Of a DNA stretch of 64,000 nt, positions 57,778 to 64,000 are shown piece by piece. The position numbers were made by a program, and so were the translations under genes. The stretch's first letter is position 1. Each line of letters begins with the position of its first letter. The notes beneath the pieces were generated by a model, which worked only from the letters and a program-made list of their open reading frames with translations, searched no databases and was not told where the DNA came from. This DNA is from Myxococcota bacterium (GTDB taxonomy: Bacteria; Myxococcota_A; UBA9160; UBA6930). The stretch covers positions 1,152,001-1,216,000 of the forward strand of contig OZ245002.1 of NCBI GenBank assembly GCA_965223415.1. Direction: 5' to 3'.

Positions 57778-58736
57778 GCTTGCTGGGCGACATGGGCGTG
57801 ATGCTGGGGCACGCTCCCCAGAAGCCGAAGCACAAGACCGACGCCGCGGAGATCCTCCATGCCCGCAAGCGCGGCAAGGGTGGGGTGAACATCGCGCGGC
57901 TGATCGAGGAGATCGCCGGGGCGAAGAGCGTCCACACCTGGCGCAACCGGCGTTGGGCTGTGCTCGTCTCGGTGAACCTACTCTTCACCCTCTCCTTCAT
58001 CCTCGACATCCAGATCCTCGAGGGCTCGCTCACAGCGTCGCGCTTCCTGGGGTTCCACATGGCGGACATCTACTCGTCCATCCTCGTGATGCTGGCCGAG
58101 AAGCACGTCGCCGTGAACCTGGTGATCGGAATGGTCACGGTGCTCCTACTCTGGGCGCTCATCGGCGGCCGCGCCTTCTGCTCCTGGGTGTGCCCCTACC
58201 ACCTGGTCGCCGAGTGGGCCGAGATGCTGCACGTCCGGCTGGCGGAGATGGGGGTCGTGCAGGACCACGCCCTCCACCGCGGCGTGCGTGTGGTCTTCTG
58301 GATCGCCTTCGCGCTGCTGGCCTTCGCCACCGGCCAGGCGCTCTTCCTCACCCTGAACCCGATCGGCGTGCTGAGCCGGGCACTGGTCTACGGACCCAGC
58401 CTGGCCCTGGGCTGGGTCGTGCTCCTGCTGGCCTTCGAGGTCACGTACTCGCGGCGCGCCTGGTGCCGCTACGTCTGTCCGATCGGCCTCACCTACGGCG
58501 TGCTCGGCGCGGCGGCCCCCGTTCGCGTCCGTTATCACCTGGAGGCCTGTGCCCACGAGGGCGAGTGCCGGAAGGTGTGCGAGGTTCCCCACGTGCTCGA
58601 CCTAACGATCAAGGGCCGCGCGGCGAAGCCCCACCTGGACGTGGGGCCGGATTGCACGCGCTGCGGCCTGTGCGTGGACATCTGCCCGACGAGTTCATTG
58701 CGCTTCAACGTGAAGGGATTGGACAGGATCCTGTGA
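57774..58736 (+). CDS. nosH: NapH/NosH-type membrane ferredoxin
   Basis: GGRAFCSWVCP, WCRYVCPIG, CTRCGLCVDICP, several TMs. Confidence 0.88.
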   Translation: MSLLGDMGVMLGHAPQKPKHKTDAAEILHARKRGKGGVNIARLIEEIAGAKSVHTWRNRRWAVLVSVNLLFTLSFILDIQILEGSLTASRFLGFHMADIYSSILVMLAEKHVAVNLVIGMVTVLLLWALIGGRAFCSWVCPYHLVAEWAEMLHVRLAEMGVVQDHALHRGVRVVFWIAFALLAFATGQALFLTLNPIGVLSRALVYGPSLALGWVVLLLAFEVTYSRRAWCRYVCPIGLTYGVLGAAAPVRVRYHLEACAHEGECRKVCEVPHVLDLTIKGRAAKPHLDVGPDCTRCGLCVDICPTSSLRFNVKGLDRIL

Positions 58737-59596
58737 TGATCGAAGCCCGCAACGTGACGAAGCGGTTCGACGGCACACCGGTGCTGGACGACCTCAGCCT
58801 CGATGTCGCCGCAGGCGAGCGGATCGCGCTGGTCGGCGCCAACGGGGCCGGGAAGACGACCCTGGTGCGCTGCCTGCTGGGCGAGTACCGCCACGAGGGC
58901 CGGGTCAGGGTCGACGGCCTCGAGCCGCGGGAGGCGCGGCGCCAGGTGCTGCAGCAGATCGGCTTCGTCCCCCAGCTCCCCCCTCCCCTGCGGATGACGG
59001 CCCGCCACCTGATCGACTTCACCGCGCGGCTCGCGGGCTGCGAGGCCGAGCGCATCGACGAGACCGCGGGCCGGCTGGGCCTCGACGTGGGCAGCCTCTC
59101 CCGGCGGCCCTTCGTGAAGCTCTCCGGGGGCCAGAAACAGAAGCTGCTGATCGCCTGCGCGCTGGGCCGGCCCTGCAGCCTCCTCTTCCTCGACGAGCCG
59201 GCGGCGAATCTCGACCCGGAGGCGCGCGGCGCCTTCTTCGAGCTGCTCGACGAGCGGGTGGGCCGGGCGACGATGCTCCTCTCGAGCCACCGGCTGGACG
59301 AGGTCGCGCCGCTGGTCGGCCGCGTGGTCGAGCTCGATCTCGGCAAGGTCGTCCTCGACGATCGCGTCGCGGACGCTGGCGCCGTGGGCGGCCGCTTCCG
59401 CTGCACCGTCGAGCTGGTCCGCCCGGACGAGGCCTGCCGCGCCGCGCTCCTCGAGTGGCACCTCACCGGCGACGAGAGCGGCCTGCGCTACGAAGGCGAG
59501 ATCGCGTCCCCGGACCGGCTCCGCTTCCTCGGCACGGCGGCCCGCTACTCCGGCGCGATCCGGCGCCTGGAGCTCGACGCGAAGGAGTCCTCGTGA
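58736..59596 (+). CDS. nosF: ABC transporter ATPase NosF
   Basis: GANGAGKTT, LSGGQKQK, LDEP, SSH. Confidence 0.9.
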   Translation: MIEARNVTKRFDGTPVLDDLSLDVAAGERIALVGANGAGKTTLVRCLLGEYRHEGRVRVDGLEPREARRQVLQQIGFVPQLPPPLRMTARHLIDFTARLAGCEAERIDETAGRLGLDVGSLSRRPFVKLSGGQKQKLLIACALGRPCSLLFLDEPAANLDPEARGAFFELLDERVGRATMLLSSHRLDEVAPLVGRVVELDLGKVVLDDRVADAGAVGGRFRCTVELVRPDEACRAALLEWHLTGDESGLRYEGEIASPDRLRFLGTAARYSGAIRRLELDAKESS

Positions 59597-60021
59597 TGCT
59601 GACGCGCGGTGCGCTCCTCGCGCTGCTCGCCCTCCTCCTCATTTCCTGCGGCGGAGTACCGGAGACCGGGCCCGTCGAGCCGGTCTGGGACCGAGACACC
59701 TGCGAGCACTGCCGCATGACGGTGAGCGACCGGCACTTCGCAGCCCAGGTGCGCTCCGCCGCCGACGGCAGGATTCGCCACTTCGACGACGCGGGTTGCG
59801 CCGTCCTCTTCGGCCCCGGAGCGGAGGACGAGATCTGGGTGCGCAGCCGCGACGGCGCGGATTGGCTCGACGCGAGGACCGCGCGCTTCTCCCACGGGCA
59901 CAAGACGCCGATGGGCTACGGCTTCGGGGCGGGGCGGAGCGGCGAGGGTCTCGACTGGGATGCCATGGTTGCACGAATCCACGAGCGGGAAGATGAGCGA
60001 AGAGAGCACACTGGGCACTGA
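59596..60021 (+). CDS. nosL: Copper chaperone lipoprotein NosL
   Basis: Lipobox LIS-C, CEHCRM, FDDAGC, TPMGYG. Confidence 0.88.
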   Translation: MLTRGALLALLALLLISCGGVPETGPVEPVWDRDTCEHCRMTVSDRHFAAQVRSAADGRIRHFDDAGCAVLFGPGAEDEIWVRSRDGADWLDARTARFSHGHKTPMGYGFGAGRSGEGLDWDAMVARIHEREDERREHTGH

Positions 60022-60895
60022 GGTCGCCGCGCTGGCCGGGGAGAGCGAGCCGGTGCCGCCGGCTCCGAACGGCCAGCTGCGCCACGTGATCGGCCTCGAG
60101 CTGGCCGAGAGCCTGCGCGCACGCTGGTTCTGGATCTACGCCCTGCTCTTCCCGGGCCTCGTCGCCCTGCTCTTCGGCTTCGCCCTCACGGAATCGCGGA
60201 TCCTCGGCTTCATGGGCCTCTCGCGGCTCCTCGTCACCTACATCCAGGTGTGCATGGCGATCCTGCCGATCTTCGTCCTCGTCACCACCGTGCGCTCCGT
60301 CGCCGGCGATCGGGAGGCGGGCATTTTCGAGTACCTGCTGGCGTTGCCCGTCGGCCTCGGCGCCTGGTACTGGGGGCGCGTGCTGGCGCGCTTCGGCCTG
60401 GTCTTCCTGCCTGTCTTCCTCGCGCTCCTCGGTGCCACGGCCTGGGGCTGGCTCCGGGAGATCCCCTTCGAGGTGTCCACCCTGGCGCTCTACTCGGCGC
60501 TGCTCCTCGCCCTGACCGCCTGCTTCCTCGGCATCGGCATGCTGATCTCCGTCCTCGCCCGCTCCGTCGACGCGGCCCAAGGCGCCGCCTTCGCCCTGTG
60601 GCTCGCGCTCGTGCTGTTCCTCGACCTGATCCTGCTCGGCACCCTGATCGAGGAGCGCGTCGCCGCGGAGACCGCCGTCACGATCGCCCTGGCCAACCCG
60701 CTCCAGGTGTTCCGCACGGCCGCCATGGCGCTCTTCGACCCGGACCTCGTGCTCCTCGGCCCCGCCGCCTTCGTGATCCTCGACCTCTTCGGCGCAAAGG
60801 GCTTCCTCGCCTGGGCGGTGGGCTACCCGACCGCCCTCGGCGCAGTATGCGCCTGGATCGGCTACTGGCGCTTCGCCCGCTCGGATCTTCCCTAG
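59993..60895 (+). CDS. nosY: ABC transporter permease NosY
   Basis: Multi-TM; GDREAGIFEYLLALP; LANPLQVFR. Confidence 0.88.
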   Translation: MSEESTLGTEVAALAGESEPVPPAPNGQLRHVIGLELAESLRARWFWIYALLFPGLVALLFGFALTESRILGFMGLSRLLVTYIQVCMAILPIFVLVTTVRSVAGDREAGIFEYLLALPVGLGAWYWGRVLARFGLVFLPVFLALLGATAWGWLREIPFEVSTLALYSALLLALTACFLGIGMLISVLARSVDAAQGAAFALWLALVLFLDLILLGTLIEERVAAETAVTIALANPLQVFRTAAMALFDPDLVLLGPAAFVILDLFGAKGFLAWAVGYPTALGAVCAWIGYWRFARSDLP

Positions 60896-61728
60896 ATCAC
60901 GTAGCCGTCACCGGACGCCCGTACCGTCAGATCGCTGATCGAGACGCCCCAGGGCTGGTCGATCGCGAACACGATCTGGTCCGCCAGGATCTCGGGAGCG
61001 AGGCTGAAGTAGCCGATGCGCTCCGGCGAGGTCAGCTCCTCCGGCGGGCTCTCGCCGAGCACGACGCCCATGGTCTGCATGAAGCTCGCCGCGCCCGCGC
61101 CGAGGATGCCGACGATCGCCCCCTGGTTCACGACGCCCTCGCCCAGGGAGGTGCCGGGCACGCCGGTCGGCCGGATCGTGGTCACCTTGATCTTTCCCTG
61201 GGATTCCTGGCGCAGCGCTTCCGAGAGAAAGTTCACCGCGGCCTTCGTCGCTCCGTACACGCCCGCCCCGGCGACCGGCTGGTTGCCGTAGATCGAGGAG
61301 AGGTTGACCACGTGACCACGCCCCTGGCGGATCATCGGGTCGTGCACGGCGGCGATGCCATTCAACACGCCCTTGAAGTTGATGTCGATGCAGCGTTCCC
61401 AGGCGTCCGAGGCCTCGGCATGATCGGCGTAGAAGGCCAGCGGCATCACGCCCGCATTGTTGACCATCACGTCGATGGCGCCGAAGCGCTCCAGGGCGAA
61501 GGCGGCGAGGGCGTGCATCCGGGAGCGGTCCGTGACGTCGGCAATGAAGCCTTCGGCCACGCCGCCGGTCGCCCCGATCGAAGCGACCGTCTCCTCCAGG
61601 CCGGCTTCGTCGACGTCGGATCCGACCACCCGAGCGCCCCGCGCCGCGGTCTTCTGCGCGACCAGCCGGCCGAAGCCCCCGGCCGCACCGGTGATGATGA
61701 TGACTCTTCCGTCGACGTGGCTCGGCAC
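60892..61728 (-). CDS. SDR family oxidoreductase
   Basis: ITGAAGGFG, NNAGVMPL, YGATK; GTG start after AGGAGG. Confidence 0.92.
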   Translation of the reverse strand: MPSHVDGRVIIITGAAGGFGRLVAQKTAARGARVVGSDVDEAGLEETVASIGATGGVAEGFIADVTDRSRMHALAAFALERFGAIDVMVNNAGVMPLAFYADHAEASDAWERCIDINFKGVLNGIAAVHDPMIRQGRGHVVNLSSIYGNQPVAGAGVYGATKAAVNFLSEALRQESQGKIKVTTIRPTGVPGTSLGEGVVNQGAIVGILGAGAASFMQTMGVVLGESPPEELTSPERIGYFSLAPEILADQIVFAIDQPWGVSISDLTVRASGDGYVI

Positions 61729-61868
61729 AGCCCACCTCCTCCCTGGCGTGAGGTGGGGTGGTAGCTCAGATGTCGCAGGACGTGATATTCGAGGGCTAAG
61801 AGGACACGTAGATTTGCGCACCTCCTGTTGAGCCGCTGCGCGGCACGTTCCCCGTGAGGGAGGGGGGC

Positions 61869-63140
61869 GTGGGGCAGCGGCGACTGAGGCAGGAGGAAGT
61901 GATGACGATCGAAGTGCTGCACGAGCGGGGGTGCTCGAACCGGGAGATCGCCCGCCAGCTGGGGATCCGGGAGAGCGCGGTGCGCTACCGGCTGAAGCGG
62001 CTGGCGGAGGGGGCGCGAGACGGCCGGAGCGGGAAGCCCTTCCTGGCCGAGGCGGTCCACGAGGTGATCGCGGAGTGGCTGGAGGCGAGCTCGGGAGGCC
62101 GTGGCGTGAACCTGCAGGAGCTTCACGAGTTCCTGGTGGAGGAGCACGGGTACACGGGGAGCTCCAAGAGCGTGCAGCGGTACGTGCGGGCCCGGTTCCC
62201 GAGACCGAAGGTGCGGAGCCGGCGTCGGGTGGAGACACCGCCCGGGGCGCAGGGTCAGGTGGACTGGGGCGAGTTTCCGGGCGTGCGGATCGGGGGCCAG
62301 GAGGTGGACCTGCATGCCTTCCACCTGGTGCTCTCGCACTCGCGGCGAGAAGCGGTGGTGTGGTCGGAGCGGGCGGACACGCTGGCGTGGCTGGACGTGC
62401 ACAACCGGGCCTTCGAGCGGCTGGGCGGGGTGCCGGCGGTGCTGCGGGTCGACAACGTGAAGACAGCGGTGGCGAAGGGGGCGGGGCCATGGGGGACGGT
62501 GAACCCGGCTTACGCGAGCTATGCCGGGGCCCTTCGCTTCCACGTGGACGCCACCCGTCCCCGCCAGCCGCAGGAGAAGGGGAAGGTGGAGCGTCGGATC
62601 CTGGGGCACCGGCGGGGCTTCGATCCGCGTCGGCGGGAGCACGAGAGCCTGGAGTCGCTGCAAGCGTGGACGGACGGCCAGGTGGCGCGCTCGAGCCACC
62701 GGCGGCAGTGCCCGGCGACGGGCACGACGGTCTTCCAGGCGTGGGAGGCGGAGAAGCCCCATCTCGGGGCCCTGCCCGAGCGGCTTCCCGAGCCCTTCGA
62801 CCTGGCCGTGATGCGACGTGTCGGGCGCGACGCCACGGTGCGCTTCGAGGGGCGTACCTACAGCGTCCCCTTCCGCTTCGTCGAGCAGAGCGTCGAGGTG
62901 CGCGGCTGCGCCCGGCAGGTGCAGGTCTGGGCCGAGGGCTCGGTGGTGGCCGCGCACCCGCGCCACACGCGAAGCCGCCTGCTGCTGGACCCGAGCCACT
63001 ACGAGGGGCCGAGCACGGAGGGGGTGGAGGCGCCCGTACCGCTCGGGCGCATGGGTCGACGCCTCCAGGAGCTGTGGGCGATGGAGCCGGAGCAGCGGCC
63101 GATCGACCTCTATGCCGATCTGGCGGAGGTGGCGCGATGA
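61869..63140 (+). CDS. istA: IS21 transposase IstA
   Basis: N-terminal HTH, ETPPGAQGQVDWG, VDNVKTAV, PQEKGKVE, YSVP; start uncertain (61854-61902). Confidence 0.93.
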   Translation: MGQRRLRQEEVMTIEVLHERGCSNREIARQLGIRESAVRYRLKRLAEGARDGRSGKPFLAEAVHEVIAEWLEASSGGRGVNLQELHEFLVEEHGYTGSSKSVQRYVRARFPRPKVRSRRRVETPPGAQGQVDWGEFPGVRIGGQEVDLHAFHLVLSHSRREAVVWSERADTLAWLDVHNRAFERLGGVPAVLRVDNVKTAVAKGAGPWGTVNPAYASYAGALRFHVDATRPRQPQEKGKVERRILGHRRGFDPRRREHESLESLQAWTDGQVARSSHRRQCPATGTTVFQAWEAEKPHLGALPERLPEPFDLAVMRRVGRDATVRFEGRTYSVPFRFVEQSVEVRGCARQVQVWAEGSVVAAHPRHTRSRLLLDPSHYEGPSTEGVEAPVPLGRMGRRLQELWAMEPEQRPIDLYADLAEVAR

Positions 63141-63937
63141 CGGCGGGAAACCCGGTGCCCAAGAAGGGCGGCAAGGTGGATCTCGACCCGACCCGCGAGC
63201 GGCTCGTGCGCCTCGGCCTCCATCACGCGGCCGAGCACATCGGCGAGGAGCTGGCCCGAGCGACCAAGGACGACCTCGTGCCCCACCGCTTCCTCGACCT
63301 GCTGCTCGAGGCCGAGCTGCAGCACCGCGAGGAGCGGAGGATGAAGACCTCGCTCCGTCTCTCGGGCCTTCCCACGGGGCAGACCCTCGGCAACTTCGAC
63401 TTCGCCTTCCAGCCGAGTGTGGAGCGGAGCCGGATCGAGACGCTGGGCACCTGCGCGTGGATCCGGGCCAAGGAGAGTCTGCTGATCCAGGGTCCGCCGG
63501 GAGTGGGCAAGACCCACCTGGCGGTGGCCCTGGGGGTGCGGGCCGTGGAGAACGGCTTCTCCGTGGCCTTCCATCGCCTCGAGGACCTGCTGGCGGCCCT
63601 CAAGCGCGACGCCGAGATCAGCCCGCAACGGCTGCGGCGGCGCAAGCACATGAACGTGGCGCTCCTCGTCATCGACGAGGTCGGCTTCGAGCCCATGACG
63701 CGCCAGGAGGCGAGCCTCTTCTTCCGGCTCGTCTCCTACCGCTATGGGAGGGGCTCGATCCTGATCACCACGAACAAGGGCATCGCCGACTGGCCCGAGG
63801 TGCTGGCGGGCGACGAGGTGCTGGCCACCGCCATCCTCGATCGCCTCCTCCACCACAGCCAGGTGCTCAACATCTCGGGGCGGAGCTACCGGCTCCGCGA
63901 GCTCGAGCAGGCCGCGGGGCAAAGCGCCCAGCGTTGA
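63137..63937 (+). CDS. istB: IS21 helper ATPase IstB
   Basis: GPPGVGKTHLA, LLVIDEVG, ILDRLLHH, GRSYR; ATGA overlap with istA. Confidence 0.95.
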   Translation: MTAGNPVPKKGGKVDLDPTRERLVRLGLHHAAEHIGEELARATKDDLVPHRFLDLLLEAELQHREERRMKTSLRLSGLPTGQTLGNFDFAFQPSVERSRIETLGTCAWIRAKESLLIQGPPGVGKTHLAVALGVRAVENGFSVAFHRLEDLLAALKRDAEISPQRLRRRKHMNVALLVIDEVGFEPMTRQEASLFFRLVSYRYGRGSILITTNKGIADWPEVLAGDEVLATAILDRLLHHSQVLNISGRSYRLRELEQAAGQSAQR

Positions 63938-64000
63938 GGCCCCAGAGGGCGGCCTGACGGCCGTGCTCTCCTTCGGAGAGCGGAAGAGAAGAAGGAAGAA

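Larger units (their letters stand above)
61771..64000 (+). mobile_element. IS21-family insertion sequence (right end probably outside the window)
   Basis: TG-starting left end at 61771 with AGGAC sub-repeats; istA-istB pair. Confidence 0.88.

Noticed and set aside
57019..58736. Periplasmic nitrate reductase (nap) operon
   Set aside because: The NapG/NapH-like genes sit inside the nos cluster and no napA or napB is present.

Overview
High-GC bacterial DNA. The gene content suggests a Myxococcota/deltaproteobacterial-type organism, which is inference only. 1-25.8 kb: an unusual export/adhesion locus with a hybrid kinase, three membrane-fusion (HlyD-type) proteins, a diguanylate cyclase, a truncated accessory SecA, a PqqD-like/M50-peptidase/HlyD fusion, and a ~4,580-aa LEPRxLL/DUF4347 surface protein with 20 tandem 96-aa repeats. 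Its transcription units share a sigma28-like promoter motif. 25.8-27.0 kb: an IS621-like IS110 element whose bridge-RNA donor and target guides can be read directly and match its own ends and insertion site. 27-34.5 kb: an uncharacterised signalling module (PDZ-like/multi-TM kinase, a sensor-only paralogue, a sigma54-driven secreted protein, a divergent Lnt). 34.5-51.5 kb: catabolic and regulatory genes, including a perfect 84-bp palindrome. 51.7-60.9 kb: a complete clade II nitrous-oxide reductase cluster. 61.8-64 kb: an IS21 element. All calls come from reading motifs; no database searches were run.
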